Below, piece by piece: positions 1-10,376 of a stretch of 64,000 nt of DNA. Numbering within the stretch: the first letter of the stretch is position 1; the number at the start of each line of letters is the position of its first letter. The notes beneath the pieces are model-generated. The model was not told the DNA's origin, did no database searches, and saw nothing but the letters and a program-made list of their open reading frames with translations. Source of the DNA: Ascoidea asiatica JCM 7603 (lineage: Eukaryota; Fungi; Ascomycota); NCBI GenBank assembly GCA_001600695.1, contig BCKQ01000003.1, positions 415,849-479,848 on the forward strand, read 5' to 3'. The position numbers and the translations under genes are program-made.

Positions 1-1
1 T

Positions 2-415
2 CATAATAAAGAACTTTTAATGTTTGATAAATTTAATAAAACTTTATTTGAAGCTGATTTATTTTTTAATATTAGAAATGAATATAGTGAACATTATTTA
101 TATAATTTACCTTCAAATTTTAAAAATCCATTAACATCATTTATATTTCCAATTGATTCAAATTCAGATTCATGTATGGGAAAATTTCCAAATTCTGGTA
201 AAAGTTTTTTTACAAGATATCTTAATAGTGATGCAAAATTATTTAATTCAATTACAAATGGTATTTTTCCAACAAAGGTTAATGATAATAAATTAGCAAT
301 TCAAGAAATTGTTAAAAATTGGAATTTTGATAAAATTGTTATGTGTCATGGTAATGTTATTGAATCTGATGGTAAAAAAATCTTTGAAAATGCTTTCAAA
401 AACCATTTGAAATAG
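2..415 (+). CDS. DUF4336 / metallo-beta-lactamase-like protein, 3' part (gene starts before the window)
   Basis: Frame is open from position 2 (HNKELLMFDKFNKTLFEADLFFN) and ends with WNFDKIVMCHGNVIE, matching the HxNKELVF..TL.EADL.FN and W.FD.I..CHG.VIE motifs of fungal DUF4336 proteins. Confidence 0.7.
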   Translation, partial: HNKELLMFDKFNKTLFEADLFFNIRNEYSEHYLYNLPSNFKNPLTSFIFPIDSNSDSCMGKFPNSGKSFFTRYLNSDAKLFNSITNGIFPTKVNDNKLAIQEIVKNWNFDKIVMCHGNVIESDGKKIFENAFKNHLK

Positions 416-1158
416 TTTTTATTCGATATATTACTAAAATCTCTTATGTATGATTACTCTTTTTTTTTTTTTTATTCTTTTGTTTACCTTGTTTATAATT
501 AATTAATATTATTTTTTACTGTTTAAAGAACTGTAATTGTAAATATATTTTAAGAGGCCCACAAATATGGTCTCGAGTGTCGTATTTTTAAAATTTGGGT
601 TTCAAATAAGATTTGAACTTAAAGTTCGAATACATCAGCTGTACATTAGAAGGAGTTTTAAACCCAACTTTATTTTACTTTTTATCCTCGGAAATCTGAA
701 TTCCGACCTTGATACTCCCAAAACAGAAAAACAAAAACAAAAACAAACCTCGGCTTTGAGATTAGAGAAGTTTCAAAAGTTTTAAAGCTAGAAATCGAAG
801 ACTTTGAAAAGTTTGAAGAAGGACAGAAACTTTTTGTTTTTACAGGAAAAAAAGATTCAAAAACCACAAATACAGATTCTAAATAGCCATGAAGATTATT
901 ATGTTTATAAGCAGCAACTACAGTAGGATTGGCATTTTATATGTACTGTGAAATTTTAAAGCTCGTTTTTTGAAGTTCGTATTTTAAAGCTCATCTTTTC
1001 TTTTGTAAATGAAAATGAAAATAACAGACAGAAAACTCATAAAAATAAATGAAAGTATTCATTATATTCAAGTGAATAAAAAACATGAGTAAATTAAAAA
1101 GCAAGAAGTGAAAAATTTCAAATCTCCAGTATTAAAATTAAAATATGAATAATTCAGT

Positions 1159-2772
1159 ATGATTCCTCAGTTAATAGTCGAAGTTTTTGAAGGTAAAAAT
1201 ATTCAAATTCCATATGAATTAAATTATAGTGGAATCAAATTAACTAAATTTCCAAAAGAACCTGAGAACCTGAAATTCTTTCATAAAGCTAATACAATCT
1301 TAAATATTAAAAAGAAAGTAGAAAAAAAACCTTTTTATGAAAATTATGATAAAAATCTTAATCCAAGTTGTTGGCTACCTGCTTTAAGCAGATGTATAAT
1401 AGATAAAGAATCTAGTACTCTCATTGATAACCTCGATACTAATAACAACTCTAAAAAATCTTACCCTTATATGATTCGACAATATTTATGTTTTGTTAGT
1501 GTGGCATATAATGGTTCGGTTAATCATATTCGTCCAATAAGAGGTACAATTAAGTCACCAAAATTTATGGGAAGAAATAATATGAATCGAATATATAATA
1601 AGCTTTCTGAACATTTTCAATTAAAAATAACTTATTATGCCTATTTACCAGAATATTTTATATCTCCAAAACAAAAAAAATTTGGAAATTTTGAACTTGG
1701 AAGTATATATTTAAATTTAAATTCTTTAATACTTTCAAAAAAATATTATCCTTTAAAACTAAAAAATAAACAAAATGGTGAATTACTAATAAAATTATCT
1801 TATGATCCTCCAGATTTTAGATTTAACTTTTTATCAGATACTTATTTCAACTTAGCTAATCAACCTGATTCAACTGAGTTTTTAATTGAAGATTTTAAAT
1901 TAATCACAACAATTAAAAATAGTGCTTTTGGAAGTGTTATAATTGTTCAAAAGAAAGATGATAAAAATTTTTTTGCATTAAAAGTAATTAAAAAGAGTAA
2001 TTTCATGACAAAAATGGAAAAAAGAAATATAATGGCAGAAGCTCGATTTTTAAAATATATCAAAAGTCCATTTATAATCACTTTGAGATATATTCTTCAA
2101 TCTTATCTAAGACTTTATTTGGTAATGGATTTCATAAATGGAAGTAGTTTGAGATATCATTTACATCAAAAAGGAACATTTTCTTTATCTTTGACTTGTT
2201 TTTATGCTGCTGAGATAGTATGCGCTTTGGAAGAATTTCATAAATATCATATAATATTTAGAAATCTAAAGCCTGATAATATATTATTAGATAATGAAGG
2301 TCATATAAAATTATGTGATTTTGGTTTAGCTAGAAAATTTGCAAAAGATGAAAAAATGTTTACTTTTGATGGAACTATTCAATTTTTTGCTCCCGAATCA
2401 AATGAAGATAAAGGTTATACTGAAACTTTTGATTGGTGGACTTTAGGAATTACAATATATGAATTTCTAATTGGAAAACCTTTTACTAAAGAAATGTTTT
2501 TACAAAATTTAATGAGAATATCTTCAGAAAATGAATTAAAAATTCCAAAAATTCCAGAAATAATTGATGAAAAAGCTAAAAATTTAGTAATAAATCTATT
2601 AAAATCTAATCCATTAGAACGTTTAGGTCATAAAGGAGCTGAAGAAATTAAAAAAGATCCTTTTTTTGAAATAATTGACTGGAAAAAATTGATTGAAAAA
2701 GGATATATTCCTGAATTTATACCTAATATTCATTATCATCACTCTGACGTCGGAAATTTTCAATCGTCATAA
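1159..2772 (+). CDS. Ypk1/Gad8-like AGC kinase paralogue, probably catalytically dead (pseudokinase), C-terminal tail truncated
   Basis: C2-like N-terminus; kinase motifs FALK, DFG, APE, DWWTLG, ERLG are present; catalytic loop reads FRNLKPDN (Asp to Asn) and the Gly loop is degenerate (KNSAFG). Confidence 0.8.
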   Translation: MIPQLIVEVFEGKNIQIPYELNYSGIKLTKFPKEPENLKFFHKANTILNIKKKVEKKPFYENYDKNLNPSCWLPALSRCIIDKESSTLIDNLDTNNNSKKSYPYMIRQYLCFVSVAYNGSVNHIRPIRGTIKSPKFMGRNNMNRIYNKLSEHFQLKITYYAYLPEYFISPKQKKFGNFELGSIYLNLNSLILSKKYYPLKLKNKQNGELLIKLSYDPPDFRFNFLSDTYFNLANQPDSTEFLIEDFKLITTIKNSAFGSVIIVQKKDDKNFFALKVIKKSNFMTKMEKRNIMAEARFLKYIKSPFIITLRYILQSYLRLYLVMDFINGSSLRYHLHQKGTFSLSLTCFYAAEIVCALEEFHKYHIIFRNLKPDNILLDNEGHIKLCDFGLARKFAKDEKMFTFDGTIQFFAPESNEDKGYTETFDWWTLGITIYEFLIGKPFTKEMFLQNLMRISSENELKIPKIPEIIDEKAKNLVINLLKSNPLERLGHKGAEEIKKDPFFEIIDWKKLIEKGYIPEFIPNIHYHHSDVGNFQSS

Positions 2773-3115
2773 AGATTTCTTTTAAAATAAAAAACAGGCT
2801 TTTAACCTCTTGAAATACAAAATACTTTCGAAAGTTAGTCTTTTGAAGGCTTTAAAAAAGTTAAATAGGTTGATTTAGTTTTAGCTTCAGCTTTAGCTTT
2901 TAAAAGATGCTTTAAACTCTTCAAGATTTTATAACTTGTACTATTGAGCTTTTATTAAAATGGTGATTTAAGTTATATAAATTAAACAAATAAAAGACAA
3001 TGGATTTATTTATTTATTATGTGAAATAATAGTGTAAGAAAATCATAACAAAAAGAAATAAAAAAAAAAATAATGAGATAAAACTGAAGATATTAACACT
3101 TATATTACTCCATTT

Positions 3116-4165
3116 TTAAGGAATAAAAACAGTCCTATCGGTAACCTTCCCATTAGACATATCTTCCATAATTTTTGGTAACTCGTTAAAAAGTTTGTAC
3201 ATTTTACAATGAGGTTTAACTTTTCCATTTGAAATTAATTCAAGACAATCAATTTGATCTTGTTTTGAACCCCAGAACGAATATTGAAGTGAAACTTCTT
3301 TTAATAACATGAAATTGGTAGTCTCAAGAGACAATTGAAGCCCAGTAGTTGAAACACCAATCATAATTATTTGACCTCCAGGTACAATATGAAATGCAGC
3401 AGAAGCAAAAGTTGAATTAGATCCAACAATATCTGCAACTGAATTCACATTTAATGATTTATCAGTTGGTAAAGTTTCATAAACTACATCAGCTCCTAAT
3501 TTCTTGGCTTCATCTCTTGCAGCTTTTTTAAAATCAGAACAAATAACATAAGCACCAAATGCTTTTGCGATTTGTAAAGCATTCATACCCAAACCACCTA
3601 ACCCAATAATTAGTATTTTATGAAATCCATTTAAGTTCTTAATTTTTTTTAAAGCATGATAAGGAGTTAAAACTGCATCGGTTGTAATTGCACAAACACC
3701 TGGATTATTTTGTAAATTTTCAGGAACTTTAACTAAATCATCAATATCAACAACACAATATTGACCATAACCACCATCTCTTCCCATACCATAATATGGT
3801 AAGACCTTTTCTTGACAGCAAGTTTCATAACCAGTTCTACAATATTTACAATTTCTACATGGAGATGGACCATGAACAGTGAATAATTTACCAATTTCCA
3901 AATTTTCTACAAGTTTTGTTTTATCTGTGCAATTAATTTTAACCAATTCACCACAAATTTCATGACCCATAACAAAATCTTTAGAAAATGGGAAACCTAA
4001 AGAAGGAATTGATAAATCTGAATGGCATAATCCAGCAGCTCTGACTTTTAATACTACTTGATTAAATTTCACTTCTTTAATTGGAAAATCTGAAACTAAT
4101 TCAATTTTATTACTTTTTAGATTCAAAATATAAGCTTTTTGAACTTTGGCTAAATCTGTAGACAT
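3116..4165 (-). CDS. Zn-dependent medium-chain (secondary) alcohol dehydrogenase / carbonyl reductase
   Basis: GLCHSD, GHE, structural Zn motif CRNCKYC..C, TDAVLTPYHA, GLGGLG Rossmann motif. Confidence 0.92.
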   Translation of the reverse strand: MSTDLAKVQKAYILNLKSNKIELVSDFPIKEVKFNQVVLKVRAAGLCHSDLSIPSLGFPFSKDFVMGHEICGELVKINCTDKTKLVENLEIGKLFTVHGPSPCRNCKYCRTGYETCCQEKVLPYYGMGRDGGYGQYCVVDIDDLVKVPENLQNNPGVCAITTDAVLTPYHALKKIKNLNGFHKILIIGLGGLGMNALQIAKAFGAYVICSDFKKAARDEAKKLGADVVYETLPTDKSLNVNSVADIVGSNSTFASAAFHIVPGGQIIMIGVSTTGLQLSLETTNFMLLKEVSLQYSFWGSKQDQIDCLELISNGKVKPHCKMYKLFNELPKIMEDMSNGKVTDRTVFIP

Positions 4166-4910
4166 TTTTTATTGATAATAAAATAACTTTTAAATAATTG
4201 ATATTGTAAAATGTAGTTATGATATTCTTTAGAAATAAGATTAATTCCATCTCTTTTATATTCAAATTCTCTCTTCAATTTATGTCAAAGGATATTACAT
4301 TTTATCTGGTTTTTGTAGAGTAAGTCTATTGAAATTCTAAAACCCCCTTGTTCTTTATTTATTTTTGCTTTGTTCATGTTAAATGTCATTAAATTTCATA
4401 ATTAAATAATATCAGAACCTACAGTACCTTTTCAAATTGTTATTGTTCACTTTTAGCAAGATTTTTATCAAGTCAATCATCAAATAATAATTTCATTTAT
4501 TATTCTTGTAATTGTTTGCTCATCACATCTGATTTAAACTATTTGTAAATTTCATGCTTGTTTTTTGTAAATCACCCCCCACCAGGCAATTCAAAAGACT
4601 AAAAAAAGTAAGTATGCCACTAAAGTTTCCCATTTGTTCGTATTCTTTCATTTAATAAAAAGAAATAGCTCTAGAAAGTGAATAGAAGAACAAGAATACA
4701 AAAAGTATTCTGAATAAAAACTGATCAGGTTATTTCTTTCTTGGTTACTGGAATACAGTTTTAGATTATTTTAGTTTAGTTTTACTTTATGCTCATCAGA
4801 ATACGAATTCTTTGGCGATCACCAAGAGAAAAACAATTTATTCAAAGGTTTGAACTGAAATGAAGTAAACAAATGAAGATTGATGATAATTGATGGTGAT
4901 TATTAAAGAT

Positions 4911-4959
4911 TAATGAACATTAATGAACATTAATGAAGATTAATGAAGATTAATGAAGA
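4911..4959. repeat. 9-bp tandem repeat (TAATGAA[C/G]AT-like unit), about 5 copies
   Basis: taatgaacat taatgaacat taatgaagat taatgaagat taatgaagac; the visible period is 10 nt including the linking base. Confidence 0.8.
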
Positions 4960-5336
4960 CTAATTCGATTGTATCCAATCAAATTATAATTGTTTCTTCT
5001 TTCAATTTGAACAAAACTTGCTCATTGAAAAAATTTTCTTATTCAATTTCTTCAGAAGCGAATAAATACAAAAATGTAACTGAAAAACAGATTCAAATTA
5101 CTTTGAAGAATATTTTGATGAAATAATGTTTATAATTTCTAAAATATATATATTAAGAATTACAAAAACATTTTTAAAATAAGAAAAGAAAGATATAGAC
5201 AAAATAATAAAGATAAAGATAAAGATAAAGATAAAGATAAAGACAAAAAGATAAAGAGAGACAAAAAGATAAATAAAAATAATAAAGGAAATAGAAAAAA
5301 AAAGTTTATATGTAAAATGAATATCTGAATAACTTT

Positions 5337-8318
5337 TTAAACAGATTCAATAATAAGTTTATTTGATTTACGAGAAATTGAAGCAATTTTATCACCCAAA
5401 CTTAAAGCTAAACCTTGACCTTTTGAACGAATTCTGATATGACCCATGATTGGACCATTTTGAGTTTTTTCAATACATAAATTAGCTAAAGCATCTTCAC
5501 CAAAAGAAGATTTTGAATATAAATTAGCACTTAAAAATTGACATTCTTCACCAACAACAGCACCTGGAGTTAAACAATTCATATTTGTATTTGAGAGTAA
5601 AATATCTAAATATTCTTTTAAAGAAGATAAATTTGATTTAATTGTAATTTTATTTTCCCATTCAAACTCATTCCACATTGTTCTAAATTGAGATTCTGAA
5701 CAATTTGCAGGTTTAATATAATCCATAATATTAACATGAACATCATTTAAAATAACAATATGAGTATCATCAGAATGTTGACCATCATAAACAATATTAC
5801 CAAATATTACACCAGTATCAGCAGAAGTTACTTTAATTGAAGTTGTAACTTTATGAAAACCATGAGGACCAACATTTGAAGATTCAGGTTTATCAATAAC
5901 TTCTAATTCACCTAAAGTTGCAAATTCAACAGATAAATTTCTTAAAGTTTCAGTTGTTTGATTAACAATTAAAACATCAAGTACAACATCAAATTGATGA
6001 ACATTAACAAAAGCTTCAGCATAAACAGAATCTGAAAATCCAGTTAATTGAATAATTTTATTCAATCTTGAAGAAAGTTTTTCTTTTTTATTATTATTAA
6101 ATAAAAAATTTGATTTACTAATTAATTCAATTTCATTTAATTCATCAGATTTTAAAATTTGTTTATTTTTAAATTGTCTAAAATTTATTGATTCATCAAC
6201 ATTATGAATATTTTTTTTAAAATTTATTAAATTTTTTTTTAAATTTTTTTTATCTTCAATTTCTAATTGTAATTTAAATGAATTTTTTGTATCAATTAAA
6301 TAAGCAGATTTAAATAAATTGAATTCAATTGAATTAATTTTTTTAAAATTAATTTCAGATAAAAATTTTATTGAAGAATAAATTTTTTCTGCAGAATCTT
6401 CATCAATTTTATTTTTAATTAAATTTGATTGACCAATTCTTAAAATTGAAATTAAAATTAACATAGCTTCAGCTTTTAAAATATTTAAAATTTTATTATT
6501 ATTTGATAAATTATTAAATTTTATAATTAATTTAATTATTGTTGAAGATAATACAGCACCTAAATAAAAATCTCCATCAATAATAAATTGTCTAATTGGA
6601 GTTTTATTTTCAAAAATTATATCATTATTTTTTGGAGTTGAAGTTAAAGCAGATTCACTTGCATAAGTACCATCAGGTAAAATTACTGGACCATTTTTTT
6701 TTTTTAATAAATTATTTTCATTTTCAATTTCATTATTATCAATATCATCAATATTTTCTTTATTATCATTATTATTAGTAGAAGTAGAAGTAGAAGTAGA
6801 AGAAGAAGAAGAAGAAGTATTATTATTATTTAAAGTGATTGGTAAATTACCAATATTTGATCTTATATGATTCCAAGCAAATTGAATATCATTTTCATTA
6901 ATTGAATATTCACCAATAATCCATAAAGCAGATCTATAAACTTTACCACTTTTAACATTTGATAAAGAATTAATTAATTTTTTAATAATTAAAGAATTTA
7001 AATTTGGAAATTTTTGTAAAACTTCTTTAACAAAATTAATAATTTTTATTGAAGAAATTGTATTTAAATCACCAATAATATCTAATAATAAAAAAATTAC
7101 ATCTGAAGAAATTTCAAAAAATTTTATTGCAGAAGTATTAATTGTATAAATTAATAAATCAGTATATGAAGAATTATCATTATCATTATCATTATCATTT
7201 TCATTTGAAATTGAATTTATTAATTCTTTTTTTAAAAAATTTATAATATCATGAATATTTTTTTTATTAATTAAATTAAGTAATAAATTTAATAAATTTT
7301 TTTTAACAATAAAATCATTAATTGATAAAATTGATAAAATTTCTAAAGATAAATCTTGTAAAATATTTGGATATAAATTATTTAATTCATTAATTTTATT
7401 AATACAAATTAATTTTACATTAATATCAGGAATTTTAATTGATAAATTAATTAAATTATTTGTTGAATTTAAAATTGAAATTGAATCTTTTGATAAAATT
7501 GTTAAAGTTATTGAAGATTCATATAAAATTATTGAATTTTTTGAAAATTTTAAAAAATTTTGAATTATAGATAAATAAAAAATTTGATTTGAATTTGATA
7601 TTAAATTTTGAGAAATTAAAAAATCTTTTTTAATAAATTTTATTATTGAAATTTGTAAAATTGGATCAAAATTAATTAAATTTTTAAAATTATTTTTTAT
7701 AAATAATAAAGTTTTAAATTTATCTAAATTTGATAAAGAAATAAATGCATTTCTTTTACAAATTGAATCAGTTTCAATAATTAAAAAATTATAAATTAAA
7801 TCAATTGCATCAGGTATTAAATAATCATTAATTTTATAAATTGAATAAATTGCAAAAATTGCATTTTTTCTAACATATGAATGTCTATGATCAAGACATA
7901 AACGACATGAAGGTATTAAAGGTTCAATTAATTCAATTTGTTTTAATTTTGATAAAAATTTTAAAGTATTACCTCTAATAAATTCATTTGGATGTTGTAA
8001 ATCATTTCTTATTGAATTACAAACTAAAATCATTTCTTGTTTTAATTTATTATTATTATCTAATTTTGGACAAATTTCATAATAAAAATAAAGTAATTTT
8101 TTTAAAATTTTATTTTTTGAAGGCATTATATATCTTATAACATGCATTAATAAAGAAGGCATTAAATCACCAGATAACATTGTTTTTAAAATTTTTTTCA
8201 TAGTTTCAATTTTAATTAAATCATTACCTTTTTCTAAATTATTTTTAAAATCTTGTAAATTAGATCTATTTGAAATTGAAGGATCATTGATTAAAGTATA
8301 AGCAATTTCATCAGACAT
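5337..8318 (-). CDS. SEC26: Coatomer (COPI) beta subunit
   Basis: QEMILVCNSIRNDLQHPNEFIRGNTL, QLTGFSDSVYAEA, FRTMWNEFEWENK, RIRSKGQGLALSLGD; first ATG is at 8318 (the ORF track starts at an upstream TTG). Confidence 0.97.
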   Translation of the reverse strand: MSDEIAYTLINDPSISNRSNLQDFKNNLEKGNDLIKIETMKKILKTMLSGDLMPSLLMHVIRYIMPSKNKILKKLLYFYYEICPKLDNNNKLKQEMILVCNSIRNDLQHPNEFIRGNTLKFLSKLKQIELIEPLIPSCRLCLDHRHSYVRKNAIFAIYSIYKINDYLIPDAIDLIYNFLIIETDSICKRNAFISLSNLDKFKTLLFIKNNFKNLINFDPILQISIIKFIKKDFLISQNLISNSNQIFYLSIIQNFLKFSKNSIILYESSITLTILSKDSISILNSTNNLINLSIKIPDINVKLICINKINELNNLYPNILQDLSLEILSILSINDFIVKKNLLNLLLNLINKKNIHDIINFLKKELINSISNENDNDNDNDNSSYTDLLIYTINTSAIKFFEISSDVIFLLLDIIGDLNTISSIKIINFVKEVLQKFPNLNSLIIKKLINSLSNVKSGKVYRSALWIIGEYSINENDIQFAWNHIRSNIGNLPITLNNNNTSSSSSSTSTSTSTNNNDNKENIDDIDNNEIENENNLLKKKNGPVILPDGTYASESALTSTPKNNDIIFENKTPIRQFIIDGDFYLGAVLSSTIIKLIIKFNNLSNNNKILNILKAEAMLILISILRIGQSNLIKNKIDEDSAEKIYSSIKFLSEINFKKINSIEFNLFKSAYLIDTKNSFKLQLEIEDKKNLKKNLINFKKNIHNVDESINFRQFKNKQILKSDELNEIELISKSNFLFNNNKKEKLSSRLNKIIQLTGFSDSVYAEAFVNVHQFDVVLDVLIVNQTTETLRNLSVEFATLGELEVIDKPESSNVGPHGFHKVTTSIKVTSADTGVIFGNIVYDGQHSDDTHIVILNDVHVNIMDYIKPANCSESQFRTMWNEFEWENKITIKSNLSSLKEYLDILLSNTNMNCLTPGAVVGEECQFLSANLYSKSSFGEDALANLCIEKTQNGPIMGHIRIRSKGQGLALSLGDKIASISRKSNKLIIESV

Positions 8319-8581
8319 CTTGAGAAGCAATTGGTTGTTAAATATTAATGAAAGTATGTATGTATTGATGTATTGATATATCAGCGCTTAATATATATTA
8401 CTTGATATATTAAAAAGTGATAACAAATAGTTAATAACAAATAGTTAACAGATGTTTAAAGCTTCTTTTGTTTGTTTGCTTCCTTTGCAAATTTCAATTT
8501 CACTGGTGGAAAAGCGCAGTTTACAAGTGTCACTTTCCCAAAGAGGAAATCACCAGCATCCACACGCCACAAACACCACTT

Positions 8582-8598
8582 TCGGCGCTTAACACTTT
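8582..8598. promoter_or_regulatory. Putative cis-element TCGGCGCTTAACACTTT in the SEC26 promoter
   Basis: 16/17 identical to 15436-15452 in the SEC8/ECM30 promoter. Confidence 0.5.
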
Positions 8599-8746
8599 TT
8601 CACTTGTACCACTGTGATGGTGTGATGGTGTAATAGTGTACTACTGCTATTGTATTCTATTCTATTCTATTGTAATGTATTCTATTGTATTGAATGACAA
8701 TCTATATACAGACATGTAAAGTACTATTTACTTACTTACTTTCTTA

Positions 8747-9694
8747 TTAAACAGATACTTCTTTAGTTTCTTCTTGATGAATAGCTTTAAATGGAAATCC
8801 AATAGAACTTAATAATGTTCTTGCTTCTGAATCTGTTTGAGCAGTGGTAATGATATTAAAATTCATACCAAATACAACTGGCCATAAATCTTGATTACTT
8901 TCAATTTCTGGAAATGATCTAATTTCATTTTCATTTAATCCAAATGAATAATTACCAAATTTATCACCACTTTTATTATTTAAACCTTTAAATTCTCTAA
9001 TTTTTGGTAAAATAAATTCACTTAATGTTAATAAAAATTGATTCATTTTATAACCTTTTAAAATAACTTTTGCTCCCATTTTTATACCACGACGAATTTT
9101 CCAAATTACAACATCATTTCTTGAATATATTATCTTTGGCTTTTCTCCAGAAATTTGTTGTAATAATAATAATGCAATTGTTGAATAATTTGGATGATCT
9201 CTTGATCCTGATGCATAACAATTTATTATAACTGATTTAATTTCTGGAATATTTTTATAATTATATAATTTTATATCTTTTGTTTCAACTGTTGATCCTT
9301 TTGGTTTTTTAAAATTTCTATTTAAATGAAATTCTGAACTACCATCCCATTTTCTAAATTTTTTACCTTCAATAATATTATTACCATCACTAACATTATC
9401 TTTATAATTAATTAATAATAAATCTTCTTTAATTATATTATCATAATGATATTTAAGTCTATCATGATTTGTAATTATTGGTTTATATCTTGGTGATCTA
9501 ATATCTCTTTTATTTAATTTTAATTCTTTAAATCTTGGTGATAATAAATTTTTATTTATTTTAATTAAATGATGAATTGGTTTAATAATTGAACAATGAC
9601 TTTTATTTAATTCATTAGAATTTGAAAAAAATCTAATAAATTTATTAAATTGAATTCCATTAACTTTATTATTAATTATTCTAATATTATTCAT
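8747..9694 (-). CDS. MRPL7: Mitochondrial ribosomal protein uL5m
   Basis: Basic presequence-like N-terminus; WDGSSEFHLNR, WKIRRGIKMGAKV, SGDKFGNYSFGL, FPEIESNQDLWP, TTAQTDSEARTLLS. Confidence 0.93.
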   Translation of the reverse strand: MNNIRIINNKVNGIQFNKFIRFFSNSNELNKSHCSIIKPIHHLIKINKNLLSPRFKELKLNKRDIRSPRYKPIITNHDRLKYHYDNIIKEDLLLINYKDNVSDGNNIIEGKKFRKWDGSSEFHLNRNFKKPKGSTVETKDIKLYNYKNIPEIKSVIINCYASGSRDHPNYSTIALLLLQQISGEKPKIIYSRNDVVIWKIRRGIKMGAKVILKGYKMNQFLLTLSEFILPKIREFKGLNNKSGDKFGNYSFGLNENEIRSFPEIESNQDLWPVVFGMNFNIITTAQTDSEARTLLSSIGFPFKAIHQEETKEVSV

Positions 9695-10057
9695 TCTATT
9701 AATATCTTTACTTCCTATTATATACTTTCTATTATATACTTTTTATTATATATTATTTCATTATTTATTTCATTAACTTATCACTTCATTCTCGTATTAT
9801 TTTCAATTATTTTCAATTAATTTCATTTATTTTCATTTATTGCAATAAAATTATTATTTACAATTCTTTTTTATAATCAGCCACATTCATATTACATAAC
9901 ACATTACATAATCTACCACCAGCCATATACGTGGCAAAACACTGGTGTAAGGATGTGTATTATGTCATCAACACGCACGTTTCACCGCACTTTGACACTC
10001 ACTTTAACACGCACTTCTGTACGCGAGACCAAATACACGGTTTTCTTTGAAATTTGT

Positions 10058-10129
10058 ATCACATGACTCAATCACGTTTTTTTCACGTTTTTTTCACGTT
10101 TTTTTCACGTTTTTTTCACGTTTTTTTTT
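10058..10129. promoter_or_regulatory. Divergent MRPL7/eIF3m promoter cluster: ATCACATG, TGACTCA, then five tandem CACGTTTTTTT units (11-bp period)
   Basis: CACG at 10073, 10084, 10095, 10106 and 10117; TGACTCA at 10064-10070. Confidence 0.55.
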
Positions 10130-10376
10130 ATTTTTACCTTTTGACACTTTTCAAAATTTAATTTTCAATTTCACATTTCAAAATCTGCAAATTCTTCTGA
10201 ATTTAAAAAAAAAAGAAGCTTTAAATTTTTGAACGTTAACTAAAAGTAAAAGTAAAAGTAAAAAGGTTCATTGAAAATTACAGTTCATTAATCAATCAAA
10301 TATCTTATAAATAAAGAAATAGATATTTAAAGAGAAAATCATTTCCCATTTCATAAATATTATAAAAATCTTCAAT

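Noticed and set aside
567-890. Short ORFs and a KLEIEDFEK...KKD stretch faintly like a kinase N-lobe start; GTTCGAAT resembling a tRNA B-box
   Set aside because: Similarity too weak to support a kinase relic; no tRNA cloverleaf can be formed
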